64,000 nucleotides of DNA from Anaeramoeba ignava BMAN (GCA_028826165.1 JAPDFW010000061.1:124001-188000), one strand, 5' to 3'; positions 12,438 to 26,200 are shown, counted from the first letter of the stretch. Made by a program: numbers and translations. The notes: generated by a model from the letters alone, not told the origin.

Positions 12438-15400
12438 ATGGGAACACCACAATCAAAAATACAGACAATAACAGAGCGACTAGAAACACAATCCAAAAAT
12501 GCGGAATTATGGAATGCAAGAGGACAAGAATATATGAAAATAAACAAACCAAATGAAGCAATATCAGATTTTAATAAAGCAATCTCACTATCTCCAAATA
12601 GCGTTCAATTCTACATGAACAGAGCCAATGCATACATTCAAACACACGATTTTCTCCGCGCAGAAACGGATCTCAACAAATCTATCAAGCTAGACCCTTC
12701 ATCTCAACAACTCAAAAACCAAAAAAAGGAATTTGAGAGTTTTTTCAATGATTTTCTTCAATCAATCAAAAAAAATATCCAGTTGGTCACTTTATCCCAT
12801 GATTCAATCACTATCGGATTGATTGACCAAAGTTTTTATTCCTCAATCAATATCTTTTTGTTATCGGAATCTCAAGAAAAAAAATCGGAAAATTTCAATA
12901 AAGCAGTTACTTTTAAAAATTTGATTCCAAACAAAAAATATAAAATTTTCTTGATGGATACAAACGAGAAAAATCTGTGCTTGGAAGTTTCCACAAAGGA
13001 AGTTCCTGAAGCAAAAGCAGAAATCAAAAACTGCTCTTATTGTAGTGCTGAAGTTGAAATTTTGTGGGATGGATATGATCAAAAAAACACTGAGTTTTCT
13101 GTTTCTTGTGCAAATAATCGCTCCATTCTGTTCCATTATCATGTCGAGCCTTTGGATTTATCAAGAATTCTTTTGGTTCTTCGCGGTTTGGCGTTGAATC
13201 AAAAGCATCAAGTATCAATTTTAATTCAGGATAAGCGTTGGAATTTTCACCAAAATTTTCACATCAGTTTCTCAACTAAAAATGTTGATTTGAGTTTGTT
13301 TCAAGTTGTTATTGATAAGAAAAATGAGTTTTTCAGAATAATTGCTATTGATTTTTGGATGCAAAAAAGAACAACAATTTCAAATCAAAATGAATTGAAT
13401 TTTGTTAATTCTCAGTTTGCAAAAATTGGCAAAAAAATTGAATCAAGCAAAAATACTCAAAATACTATCAAATATTTAGTTCAATGGCTTGAGATATATG
13501 ATTCTATCAAGTCAGCAATATCTGAATATAAACAATTAAAAGAAGGACATGAAAATTTCCAAAAGAAAATTGAAGAATATTACACTCAATATTTTGACAC
13601 AAATCAAAAACAATTTTTAGTTGATGGAAATGAAAATTCAAATCAAAATCAAAATCAAAATCAAAATTCAAATCAAAATCAAAATCAAAATCAAAATCAA
13701 AATCAAAATCAAAATTCAGACCAAATTCCTTATAATCCAAATTTACATTCTCTTCAAGCAAAACAACTCGTTTCAAAATTCTTCCATTTCTACAATTCTT
13801 TTCTTGATTTAATCAAACATTTTATTGACCAAACTCAATGGGAAAACCAAAAAACTCAAAATAATTTACAGGATATGTTTCTTGAATTCGATTCCTTTTT
13901 ATCTTCTTGTGCGCAAATTCTTGATGGATATTCGGCAAAATTAATTGAATTTCGTGATTTTTATTCACGTTTTTTTGGAGAATTTGAAAAACAAGCTTTT
14001 CGTTTTCAAACTTTAAGAAATAATTATTCTATTCTTGAAGAAAGTCAAAAATCATTTGAAACACTGAAAAAAATTGATAAGGAACTCGAACAACCAGAAA
14101 TTTTTCATTTCATTTCTCTTTTGAAGAAGGATATTTCAAGAAATAGAATTATTAATGGTTATAAAGAAGAAAAACAAGTTTTGGATAAAATTTCAGATAA
14201 AATTCGAAATTTAGTCATTGGAATTGCAACTCAAAATCAAAACCAAAATTTTTCAAATCAAGATGAAAAAAAAAGAAATTCTTTAATCCCTTCAAATAAC
14301 GTTAATATAAGCAACGAAAAAAACCAGAAACCAAAATCACAACCAAATATAAAGAAAAATTTCCGAAGAAGAAAAAAAATTAATCAAAATCAAAATCAAA
14401 ATCAAAATTTAAATCAAAATTTAAATCAAAATCAAAATCAAAATCAAAATCAAAATCAAAATATTATTCAAGAAAATGATGAAAAAAATCAAAACTCAAA
14501 AAAGGAATTGAAAGATTTGATTGAAATTCGTGATCAAAAAAGAAGAGAATCACATAAAAATGCAAAACTTATTTTGGAAATGATTTATCAAGATTTAAAA
14601 GAATGGCATAGATTATATGAAACAAGAGAACGTTACCAATGGCAATTATATCATCAAGAAAAAGAGAAAGAAAAAGAAAAGGAAAAGGAAAAAGAAGAAG
14701 AAAAAGAAAAAGAAAAAGAAAAAAAACCGAAAAGAAAAAAAAACAAAAATCATCAAATCCAAAAAATCAAAAAATATCCCAGTGTTGTTTCTCCCAAAAA
14801 ACGTAGTCTTTCAGTAAATGTTCTGCATAAAACAAAATCACAAAAATTGTTGGTAAAAGATCGACATAAAAAAAGCAATTTAAACAAAAGTTCAAATGGG
14901 AAAAATAAAGAAACAAAACAGAAAACAAAAAATAACTTAGTAAAAACATTATCTTCAACAATTATTAAATTATACAATGATCTTGTTGAAGCTTCCACAA
15001 AATTTAAGGATGAAATGGAAAATATCAAAAAGGATATTGCAGAAAAAAAAGGGAAAATGAATACCAAAGAAGAAGAAAATAAAAATGAAAATGAAAATGA
15101 AGAATTTCAACAGAAAAAAATGCCAAAAAATTGGATCGAAACATTCATTTTAAATCGAGATAATTTTATGAAGAATTTTGACGAACTATGGGGAGTTCTT
15201 CTTCAGAGAAAAGAAACAAAAATAGGGAATTTATCAAAAAAAATGGTTGAATTTGATTCTCAAGTGAAATATTTTGAGGATTGTTTTGAAAAACTAGGAA
15301 TTCTAGAAAAATATTCAGAAGAAATCAACGAAATTAATGAGAAAATTGATCAAGTTGAAATCAAGCAATTTGAATTGAAAAAATGGTACAAACGAGCAAA

Positions 15401-17231
15401 AAGCAATTTGGAGAAAAGAAAGGAGTTGCAAGTACAGATGAATGAGAAGAAGGAAGAAAAACGGGTTTTAAAGCGAGCAAAAGAAGAAATAGGGAATAAA
15501 ATCAAAAGAGTGTGTCTTGCAGATTATCCTGAAAGAATTCTTTTCACGGATGATTTTGAGCTTGAATTTGGCGGGATTTATGTGGAGAATTCAGTCGAAG
15601 ATTACCGACAATTACAAGAACTTTGGTTCATTGATTATCAAGGAATGTTTGTGAATCGGACACTTGAAAAGGATTACACAATCATCAACGATCCTGAGAA
15701 GAAACTCAAAGGAAGACACACAATTCACTTATGCAAACTCAATCCACGAACACTGGAAAATGCAAATCAAAAAGCATTGAAATTTGAGGAGGATTTATGT
15801 GTTGTCAAAGTGATTCCACTTTCTAAAATTAGTTATTTGAAGCGAACACTTGTTCCTTTAATGGAACTAAAACACCCTTCAATTATCAAACTTGACGCCA
15901 TTTTCATACATAATAATTCCATCCATCTCCAGTTCCCTTTCTATCAAAACGGAGATTTAAAGCACTTCTTATCAACTCATCCAAAAGTGCGAACTGAAGA
16001 TATCATCACTATTCTCCGGCAAATACTTCTTGCCATCGAATATCTCCACTCGAAAAACGTGATCCATCGCGATATCAAACCTGAAAATGTTCTTGTCAAC
16101 CAGAGCTCAAGGGCTGTTCTCAGCGATCTTGAACTATGCAAACATTCTGAGTGGGAAAATATTTACACTCAAACTTTAACTACAAATTTAAAAGGTTCAA
16201 TCGGTTATATTGCGCCGGAATTACTTCAAACTCACGAAAAAAAACAACCATTAATTTACAACGAAAAAACCGACATGTTCGCCTTCGGAAAGTTAATGGA
16301 AAATATTGCCCTCATGCACAAAAAACTCCTCAAAATTCCCCAATACAAAATATTGCTCAATCAACTTACAAATAAGGATCCTGAACAAAGACCTTTAAGT
16401 ACAGACGTGCTTACAAGCTCACTTTTTATTTGGGGAATCCAATCAAATAAATTCTTCGCAAAAATACCCCAGAATTGGGTTCTTTATCAGGAAATCAAGA
16501 ACAAAAAGAAAAATCCTGATGATCTTGAGAATTGGAAAAAATCAATTGAAATTACAAATTCTGACTTTTTCAAAAAAATATCAAATTGGATCAATTCCAC
16601 TTTTGCCGATTCAAGTGATTTGGGTTTTTCAAAAATGAACGTGACGAGCATTTACAGGAACGAGAACATTCCGCTTTGGAACGATTATCTAGAAGCAAAA
16701 AATCGGTTAAAAAGAAAAATCAAGTATTTAAAAAGTGTGAATTTTGCAGTTGAAGGAATAAGTGGAAAATCGATACCATTGGATTGTTTAGATAGTGAGA
16801 TGAACGAGTATTATTTGTTCCACGGGACGAAGCACACCTTAATAGACATCATATGCGAGAGCGGATTTGACGAGCGAGTGTCGCGACAAGGCATGTATGG
16901 AAACGGTATTTACTTTGCGCAAAACTCGTCCAAGTCTGCCCAGTACTGTAGCAGTCCTAACGGTCGCGATTATTATCTTCTTGTTTGCCGTGTTCTTCTA
17001 GGTGTTGTCTTCTATGAATCCCATCAGGCTCGTCCTGATTTAAGAAGACCTCCTCTTATAGATCTTCCTGACTCCTCCGGTCTTATTTTTGATTCTATTT
17101 TTGTCAGAGGTAGACACAAAAAATTCGCTGATAATATCCCAACTGCTCCGGTTAATTTTCGTGAGTTTGTTGTTTATGACCGTTTTGCTGTTTATCCTGA
17201 ATTTAAAATTTCTTTTCAAAAAGTGGATTGA
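12438..17231 (+). CDS. Multidomain protein: TPR - FN3-like - coiled coil - Ser/Thr kinase - tankyrase-like PARP catalytic domain (1597 aa, intronless)
   Basis: TPR (NAELWNARG..EAISDFNKAISLSP..FYMNRA..AETDLNKSIKLDP); FN3-like (VTFKNLIPNKKY); kinase (VVKVI, HRDIKPEN, GYIAPE, DMFAFG); PARP (YLFHGT, GFDER, GMYGNGIYFAQNSSKSAQY, REFVVY..YPEF). Confidence 0.9.
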   Translation: MGTPQSKIQTITERLETQSKNAELWNARGQEYMKINKPNEAISDFNKAISLSPNSVQFYMNRANAYIQTHDFLRAETDLNKSIKLDPSSQQLKNQKKEFESFFNDFLQSIKKNIQLVTLSHDSITIGLIDQSFYSSINIFLLSESQEKKSENFNKAVTFKNLIPNKKYKIFLMDTNEKNLCLEVSTKEVPEAKAEIKNCSYCSAEVEILWDGYDQKNTEFSVSCANNRSILFHYHVEPLDLSRILLVLRGLALNQKHQVSILIQDKRWNFHQNFHISFSTKNVDLSLFQVVIDKKNEFFRIIAIDFWMQKRTTISNQNELNFVNSQFAKIGKKIESSKNTQNTIKYLVQWLEIYDSIKSAISEYKQLKEGHENFQKKIEEYYTQYFDTNQKQFLVDGNENSNQNQNQNQNSNQNQNQNQNQNQNQNSDQIPYNPNLHSLQAKQLVSKFFHFYNSFLDLIKHFIDQTQWENQKTQNNLQDMFLEFDSFLSSCAQILDGYSAKLIEFRDFYSRFFGEFEKQAFRFQTLRNNYSILEESQKSFETLKKIDKELEQPEIFHFISLLKKDISRNRIINGYKEEKQVLDKISDKIRNLVIGIATQNQNQNFSNQDEKKRNSLIPSNNVNISNEKNQKPKSQPNIKKNFRRRKKINQNQNQNQNLNQNLNQNQNQNQNQNQNIIQENDEKNQNSKKELKDLIEIRDQKRRESHKNAKLILEMIYQDLKEWHRLYETRERYQWQLYHQEKEKEKEKEKEKEEEKEKEKEKKPKRKKNKNHQIQKIKKYPSVVSPKKRSLSVNVLHKTKSQKLLVKDRHKKSNLNKSSNGKNKETKQKTKNNLVKTLSSTIIKLYNDLVEASTKFKDEMENIKKDIAEKKGKMNTKEEENKNENENEEFQQKKMPKNWIETFILNRDNFMKNFDELWGVLLQRKETKIGNLSKKMVEFDSQVKYFEDCFEKLGILEKYSEEINEINEKIDQVEIKQFELKKWYKRAKSNLEKRKELQVQMNEKKEEKRVLKRAKEEIGNKIKRVCLADYPERILFTDDFELEFGGIYVENSVEDYRQLQELWFIDYQGMFVNRTLEKDYTIINDPEKKLKGRHTIHLCKLNPRTLENANQKALKFEEDLCVVKVIPLSKISYLKRTLVPLMELKHPSIIKLDAIFIHNNSIHLQFPFYQNGDLKHFLSTHPKVRTEDIITILRQILLAIEYLHSKNVIHRDIKPENVLVNQSSRAVLSDLELCKHSEWENIYTQTLTTNLKGSIGYIAPELLQTHEKKQPLIYNEKTDMFAFGKLMENIALMHKKLLKIPQYKILLNQLTNKDPEQRPLSTDVLTSSLFIWGIQSNKFFAKIPQNWVLYQEIKNKKKNPDDLENWKKSIEITNSDFFKKISNWINSTFADSSDLGFSKMNVTSIYRNENIPLWNDYLEAKNRLKRKIKYLKSVNFAVEGISGKSIPLDCLDSEMNEYYLFHGTKHTLIDIICESGFDERVSRQGMYGNGIYFAQNSSKSAQYCSSPNGRDYYLLVCRVLLGVVFYESHQARPDLRRPPLIDLPDSSGLIFDSIFVRGRHKKFADNIPTAPVNFREFVVYDRFAVYPEFKISFQKVD

Positions 17232-17239
17232 GAAAAACT

Positions 17240-17284
17240 TTTTTTTTCATTTTTCATTTTTCATTTTTCATTTTTCATTTTTTT
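17240..17284 (+). promoter_or_regulatory. Tandem TCATTTT initiator-like motif directly upstream of the THOC2 ATG; the same motif precedes most genes in the window
   Basis: TTTTTCATTTTTCATTTTTCATTTTTCATTTTTCATTTTTTTATG; also seen upstream of the ATGs at 12438, 38763, 40153, 42236, 49335, 52235 and the minus-strand starts. Confidence 0.6.
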
Positions 17285-20200
17285 ATGAAATCTCAACAAA
17301 ATAAATATTTTACAACTGAATTTTGTGAAAATCTTGATAAAGCCAAAATTGATGAATGGTTTAAATTTTTTTATTTACAAAATTATAAATAAAAATATAA
17401 ATAAAATATAAATAAAAATATAAATAAAAATATAATTTAAATTATAAATAAAATTATAAATTAAAATATAAATTAAATTATAAATAAAATTATAAATTAA
17501 ATTATAAATAAAATTATAAATAAAAATATAAATTAAATTATAAATTAAATTATAAATTAAATTATAAATAAAATTATAAATTAAATTATAAATTAAATTA
17601 TAAATTAAATTATAAATAAAATTATAAATAAAATTATAAATAAAATTATAAATAAAATTATAAATAAAATTATAAATAATATTATAAATAAAATTATAAA
17701 TTAAATTATAAATTAACTTTATAAATTAAAATTATAAATTAAATTATAAATTAAATAATAAATTAAATTATAAATTAAATTATAAATAAAATTATATATA
17801 AAATTATAAATAAAAATATAAATAAAATTATAAATTAAATTATAAATTAAATAATAAATTAAATTATAAATAAAATTATAAATAAAATTATAAATAAAAT
17901 TATTAATTAAATTATAAATTAAATTATAAATTAAATTATAAATTAAATTATAAATAAAATTATAAATAAAATTATAAATAAAATTATAAATAAAAATATA
18001 AATAAAATTATAAATAAAAATATAAATTAAAATATAAATAAAATTATAAATTAAATTATAAATAAAATTATAAATTAAATTATAAATTAAAATTATAAAT
18101 AAAATTATAAATTAAATTATAAATTAAATTATAAATTAAAATTATAAATTAAATTATAAATTAAATTATAATTTAAATTTATAAAATTAAATTATAAATT
18201 AAATTATAAATTAAATTATAAATAAAATTATAAATAAAAATATAAAAATAAAATTATAAATAAAAATATAAATTAAAAATATAAATAAAATTATAAATTA
18301 AATTATAAATAAAAATTATAAATTAAATTATAAAATTATAAATTAAATAATAAATTAAATTATAAATAAAATTATAAATAAAATTATTAATAAAATTATA
18401 AATAAAATTATAAATAAAAATATAAATAAAATTATAAATAAAAATATAAATAAAATTATAAATAAAATTATAAATAAAATTATAAATAAAATTATAAATA
18501 AAATTATAAATTAAAATTATAAATAAAATTATAAATAAAAATTATAAATAAAATTATAAATAAAATTCATAAATAAAATTATAAATAAAAATTATAAATA
18601 AAAATATAAATAAAATTATAAATAAAAATTATAAATAAAAATTATAAATAAAATTATAAATAAAAATTATAAATAAAATTATAAATAAAATTATAAATAA
18701 AATTATAAATAAAAATTATAAATAAAATTATAAAAAAAAATAAATAAAAATAAAATAAAAATTATAAATAAAATTATAAATAAAATTATAAATTAAATTA
18801 TAAACAAAAATTATAAATAAAATTATAAATAAAAAATAAAAAATTATAAATAAAAATAAAATATAAATAAAAATTATAAATAAAAATATAAAAATAAAAA
18901 AAATAAAAATATAAATAAAATTATAAATTTAAAATATAAATAAAAATTATAAATAAAATTATAAATTAAAATATAAATTAAATTATAAATTAAAAATTAT
19001 AAATAAAAATTATAAATTAAATTATAAATAAAAATTATAAATAAAATTATAAATTAAAATTATAAATAAAAATTATAAATTAAAAATATAAATAAAATTA
19101 TAAATTAAATTATAAATAAAAATTATAAATTAAAAATATAAATAAAATTATAAATAAAATTATAAATAAAATTATAAATAAATAAAATTATAAATTAAAT
19201 TATAAATTAAATTATAAATTAAATTATAAATAAAAAATATAAATAAAAATTATAAATAAAATTATAAAATAAAAATTATAAATAAAATTATAAATAAAAT
19301 TATAAATAAAAATTATAAATAAAAATTATAAATAAAATTATAAAAATAAAATTATAAATAAAATTATAAAATAAAATTATAAATAAAATTATAAATAAAA
19401 ATTATAAATTAAAATATAAAATAAAAATTATAAATTAAAATTATAAATTAAAATTATAAAATAAAAATTATAAATAAAATTATAAATAAAAATATAAATT
19501 AAATTATAAATAAAATTATAAATAAAAAAATAATAAAATTATAAATAAAATTATAAAATAAAATTATAAATAAAATTATAAATAAAATTATAAATAAAAT
19601 ATAAATAAAATTATAAATAAAATTATAAATAAAATTATTAATAAAATTATAAATAAAATTATAAATAAAAATATAAATAAAATTATAAATAAAATATAAA
19701 TTAAAATATAAATAAAATTATAAAATTAAAATTATAAATAAAATTATAAATTAAATTATAAATAAAATTATAAATAAAATTATAAATAAAATTATAAAAT
19801 AAAATTATAAATAAAATTATAAATAAAATTATAAATAAAATTATAAATAAAATTATAAATTAAAATTATAAATAAAAATTATAAATAAAATTATAAATTA
19901 AAATTATAAATAAAAATTATAAATAAAATTATAAATAAAATTATAAATAAAATTATAAATAAAAATTATAAATTAAATTAAATATTATAAATAAAATTAT
20001 AAATAAAATTATCAATTAAATTATAAATAAAATTATAAATTAAATTATAAATTAAATTATAAATAAAATTATAAAATAAAATTATAAATAAAATTATAAA
20101 TTAAATTATAAATTAAATTATAAATAAAAATATTAATTAAATTATAAATTAAATTATAAATAAAATTATAAATAAAATTATAAATTAAATTATAAAATTA

Positions 20201-23200
20201 AATTATAAATTAAATTATAAATAAAATTATAAATTAAAATTATAAATTAAATTATAAATAAAATTATAAATTAAATTATAAATTAAATTATAAATAAAAT
20301 TATAAATAAAATTATAAATAAAAATTATAAATTAAATTATAAATAAAAATATAAATAAAATAAAATTATAAATAAAATTATAAATTAAATTATAATTATA
20401 ATTAAATTAAATTATAAATAAAATTATAAATAAAATTATAAATAAAATTATAAATAAAAAATATAAATTAAAATTATAAACAAAATTATAAAATTAAAAT
20501 ATAAATTAAATTATAAATTAAATTATAAATAAAATTATAAATTAAAATTATAAATAAAATTATAAATAAAATTATAAATAAAATTATAAATTAAATTATA
20601 AATTAAATTATAAATTAAATTATAAATAAAATTATAAATAAAATTATAAATAAAATTATAAATAAAATTATAAATAAAATTATAAATAAAATTATAAATA
20701 AAATTATAAATAAAATTATAAATTAAAATATAAATTAAAATTATAAATAAAATTATAAATAAAATTATAAATAAAATTATAAATAAAATTATAAATAAAA
20801 TTATAAATAAAATTATAAATAAAATTATAAATAAAATTATAAATTAAATTATAAATAAAATTATAAATAAAATTATAAATAAAAATTATAAATAAAATTA
20901 TAAATTAAAAATATAAATAAAATTATAAATAAAATTATAAATAAAATTATAAATTAAATTATAAATAAAAATTATAAATTAAATTATAAATAAAATTATA
21001 AAATAAAATTATAAATAAAATTATAAATAAAAATTATAAATTAAATTATAAATTAAATTATAAATTAAATTATAAATAAAATTATAAATAAAATTATATA
21101 TTAAATTATATATAAAATTATAAATAAAATAATAAAATTATAAATTAAATTATAAATTAAATTATAATTAAAATTATAAATAAAATTATAAATTAAATTA
21201 TAAATAAAATTATAAATAAAATTATAAATAAAATTATAAATAAAATTATAAATAAAATTATAAATTAAATTATAAATTAAATTATAAATTAAATTATAAA
21301 TTAAATTATAAATAAAATTATAAATAAAATTATAAATAAAATTATAAATAAAATTATAAATTAAATTATAAATTAAATTATAAATAAAAATATAAATTAA
21401 ATTATAAATTAAATTATAAATAAAATTATAAATAAAATTATAAATAAAATTATATATTAAATTATAAATAAAATAATAAATTAAATTATAAATAAAATAA
21501 TAAATAAAATTATAAATAAAATTATATATAAAAATATAAATAAAATTATTAAAATTAATAAAATTATATATTTATATTTTGTTCATTTTAGTGTCCAAAA
21601 ATGCTTCAAAGATACCCAAAACTTCCAAGAAAAAAATAATGAAACTCATCCATTAAACACATTCATCTTCGAAATGTTTCTGGAAATGATCGAAAAACAA
21701 AAACTCACAATTAATAACGCAATAACAATGATAAATCATGAACAATTCAATGAATTCCAAGAAATTCTTCGTTCAAAATTAGCAGACACATTATGGATTT
21801 TTGGAATCAATTATTTGCAAACTAAAAAAACTCAAGAAAAAGAAGAATCAAAAAATCAAAAAGAAAAAATTCTTATCGATTTTATCAAAAAATTAATTCG
21901 ACATAAATTTTTAAACGAAGAATTTTTATTAGAAAGATTAGAACCAGAAAGTCTTCAGAAAATAGGAATTATAAACTCAACCGTTTTCAAAAGGAGAGAA
22001 GTTAGAATTAAAACAAGACTTGTTTACAAACAACCCAAATTTAATCTTTTTGAAGAAGAAAGTGAAGGTTATTCTAAAATTATCACTTATTTTATCCAAC
22101 TTGAAAATCAAAAAGAAAAAAACAACATCCAAAAAATTAATCAAAATATTCTCTCTTTAATTGGCCAATTTAATCTCGATCCAAATCGAGTTGTTGATAT
22201 TATTCTGGATTGTTTTGAAGATAACATCCTTTTTGATTCTTATATCCAAATTTTAAAATCATTTCCTATTGAATTTATTGCTCCTCTTTTGGGTTTTAAA
22301 TTTCAATTTTACCAGAAAAATCGAGAAAAAACCCCGCAATCTCTTTATAAATTAGCAGCAATCTTATTTAAAGAAAAAATGTTTTCTTATAAAGAATTTT
22401 CAAATTATGTAAGAAATATTTTCAAAAGAAAAATTCTCTTTCAATTAATTTTTCATCATTTTATTTATTTTTTTTTTTTGAAATTTTTAAAGTTGCTTCC
22501 TTCTGATCAATCTTTATTGAATGAATTCAAACTCAAAAATCAAGCCATTATAAACGTTGCAAAAACTACTAATAAAATGGATCTTTTGGCAACTTCAAAA
22601 CCAGATCAAGCTTTTAACCTAAATTTAACTTCACCTGAAATTACTGAAAATAATATTATTGAAGAAGAAAAAAAACTGCGTAAAATTGAAGAAAAAAATG
22701 AAAATCCAAACGATGAAAAAAATCCAAATGAAAAAAATCAAAATAATTTGGAAATTATGGATGAATACAATCAAAAATTTGGATTTTTTGAAGCAGTTAT
22801 TGAAAATGGAGATCTTGAAGGAATGAATGAATTATTTACTCATTTCCAAAGTATTGATCCATGCTCAAACAAAAAAATTGGATCATCTTTATGCGAATAT
22901 CTAAACAATAATATATCAAGTTTATATGATAGATTATATCCATCTTTATTTTCCAAAAAACAGAAACAACAAAAAAGACATCACAATCAAAATGAAAATG
23001 AAAATGTAAATGTGAATGAAAATGAAATTCAAAATGAAAATCAAAACGAAATTGAAATGAATAATGAAAATAATGAGAATGATAATTCTTCTTTTAAAAT
23101 GAAGCAAATTGATAGTTTTGGGAAATTATTTTCGGACATTTTCCCGCTTCTTTTTCATCTGAAAATACATCTTAGTCAAGATGTGAAATTATTTATGAAA

Positions 23201-26200
23201 ATTTGCAGATTATTGAAGAAATATCTGCAAGCAAAATGTGTTCAAAACAAGAAAAAACCAACATTTTTAAATGATATTTCAACAATTTCAAACCGAAATA
23301 TTCGGTCAATTGATCCAAGAATATATAATATGATGGAGGATGTCAATACAGAGAATGACGAGGATATCATCAAAAAATTATTTGAAAATGTGCTTCTTCC
23401 AAGCACAACACAAATTGAATCAAACCCACCAGTTATTTATGAGCTTTGGGATTGTTTGAAGTTAATAAAATACCAAGAAAGATATGTCTTGTATTCCAAA
23501 TTGAAGGACGAGCAATACAACCAAAACCCCAAAATGTTTCTTTCAAAATGTCTATCTTTGGATGACACAAAAAAAATATTGCGCAGACTTTCCGAAGAAA
23601 ATATCAAGGAATTTGGAAGACTTGTTGGGAAGGTTGCGCATTCAAATTGCATCATAGTTTTTGAACAAATTATTGAGCAGATTCAATTTTATGACAATAT
23701 GATCAACCCTGTTATTGAAAGTTTCAAATATTTAACACCGCTTGAACATGATATATTAGCATTTATAATTGTTGAAAAAATGAGTCGAAACTCATCCTCT
23801 TTAAATTATAATTACTCACGAACACAACCTTTAAATCCCGCACTTCGTTTGCAAAGAATTGGACAATTTTGCGGTGTTTTTTTCAGAAAATATCCCAATA
23901 TTGAACTTTCAGGAATTTTGCAATATATTCTAAAACAATTATTCTATGAAACAACTGAAGATCTTGTTGTTCTTCAAGAGCTGATCAAAAACATGGGAGG
24001 AATTGATCCTTCTGAAAATATTTCAGAAGCAGCTCTTGCTGTAAAATCTGCAGGTCCTGTTCTGCAAAAAGAACTTTCACCTTCAATTGGAAATTTAAAT
24101 AGAATTAGCAGAAGAAGCATTTCCAAATTGAAGAACAATTTGATTACTTCTGGACTTGCTGTTCCGTTGTTAATTTTGATTGCAAATCAACGCAGCAGGC
24201 TAGTTTTTAATTCAGATACTCCTTTAAAAGTGACAAGTTCACTTTTTGATATATCTCATGATGTTTTTTATCAATATAGCAGTTTTTTGATCCAAAAACT
24301 TCCTCTTGAAACTTATTCTTCTTTAGTTCCATCTTTTTCAGATTTGTGCAAAAAATATCATTTAGAACAAGAAGTTGCTTGGGAAATTTTCCGACCAATA
24401 ATTCCTTTAATTTATGAAAGAAAGCAAAATATAATCAAAGAAAATTTAAAAGAAAATCAAAAAGAAAATCAAATGGAAATTGAAAAAGAAAATCAAATGG
24501 AAATTGAAAATAAAAATCAAAAAGAAAAGAAAAATTTCGCTCCTTTAAGTGCTAATGAACAAAACATGAAAAATAATCTAACACTAAATCTTTATAGAGA
24601 AGTTGAAAGTATTTTCCCAATGAAATTTCAAAGATATTATAGATCATCAATAAATCCAATCAAAGCAGATGAAAAAGAAGAAAAAGAAGAAAAGGAAAAA
24701 GAAAAGGAAAAAGAAAAGGAAAAAGAAGAAGAAAAAGAATTCAATCTCGATATTGATCTATATCTCATTTTTTGGTCTCTAGATATTCAAGATATTCATG
24801 TTCCTTTTGAACTTTATAAACAAGAAATTGAAAAAAAAGAAAATCAATTAAAAATAGAAAGTAATACTAACAGCAACATAAATGGAAATTTAACATCAGC
24901 AAATCAACCTTCACAAACAACATCAGAAACATCAAATACTCATGGACACAATAGCGCAAATCTTGGGAATGAAAAGGAATCAAATATTTTTTTAGAACTC
25001 AAAAAGGAATTTGATGATAAAAAAAAGAAACAGGAAGAAATCATTTCCAAAATCAAAAAACATAGTGATTTTTGGAAGAAAAACATTCGAGATCACACAA
25101 ATTCAGAAAAATTATTTTATCTCAGTTTCCTTGAGAATTGCATAATTCCAAGATGTCTCTTTACACACAAAGATGCTCTTTATTGCAGTGAATTTGTTTC
25201 ACTGATGGCAAGGCATATTTCTTGGTTTGATACATTAAAACTACTTGAATCGCTCATTGATATCAATTTTTTGGAACAATTTATTTTTAGTTCAACTCAA
25301 AATGAAATGATGAGATTTTCGCATTTAATCAATAACATATTCAAACAGGCATATTCAATAACATCAAAAGAAAGGGAAAAGGAAAAGGAAAAGGATCAAG
25401 AACACAGGCTTTTTATTGTCGAATTTAAACTTTATTATGTTGCTCAAAAACATTTGCGTTCAAATGAATTTATGGCAATTAAAAATTCAATTGTTTTTTT
25501 GAATGGAATCATTGATGTTTTTCCAACGCTAAAAGAATTGGGCGAAAAATTGGAAGAAATTTCAAAAGAAATTAAAGAAAAAGATGCCAGAGAAGATATC
25601 AAATTGCTTGCATCAAGTTATTACAATGCAATCACTTCTGAAAAAAGAAAGTTGAAAGAAGCTCCTAAAAAAATACTTTATTGGCTGAGAAAAATTGATT
25701 CTGAAAAAGAAATTTCATTTGAAATTCACAAAAAAAGTGATAATCCAAAAAATCATGAACATCCAAAAAGAAAAAAGAAAGACAGAGAAAATAGTAATGA
25801 AAAAAGAGCACGTTCATCATCTCAAAACAAGAGAAGTTCTTCTCGTGATTCTCGACATTATGAGCAAGGAAACACTGCATTAATTCAAAGCAGAATGAGA
25901 AGTAGACACGAAGAAAAAGAATATGATAAAAATAAACCAAGAGAAGAAAATCCAATTCAAAACTCAAATCAAAATTCAACCCAAAATCCAAATTTAAATC
26001 ATCATTCTCATTCTCATTCTCATTCTCATTCTCATCATGAAATGAAAGAAGAAAATGACAAAAAACCAAATGAAATTAATAAATCAATTTTGGATCCAAA
26101 TATTTCTTTGAACCAAAAATCTCACCATTCTCGTTCTCGTTCACATTCAAAAGAAAACAAAAGTTCAATCACTCCAACTTTAAACATAACTAATTTACAA

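Noticed and set aside
22409-22492. Hydrophobic insertion (VRNIF..FFFLKFLK) as a THOC2 transmembrane segment
   Set aside because: It is an 84-nt stop-free GT-AG intron; removing it restores the conserved sequence.
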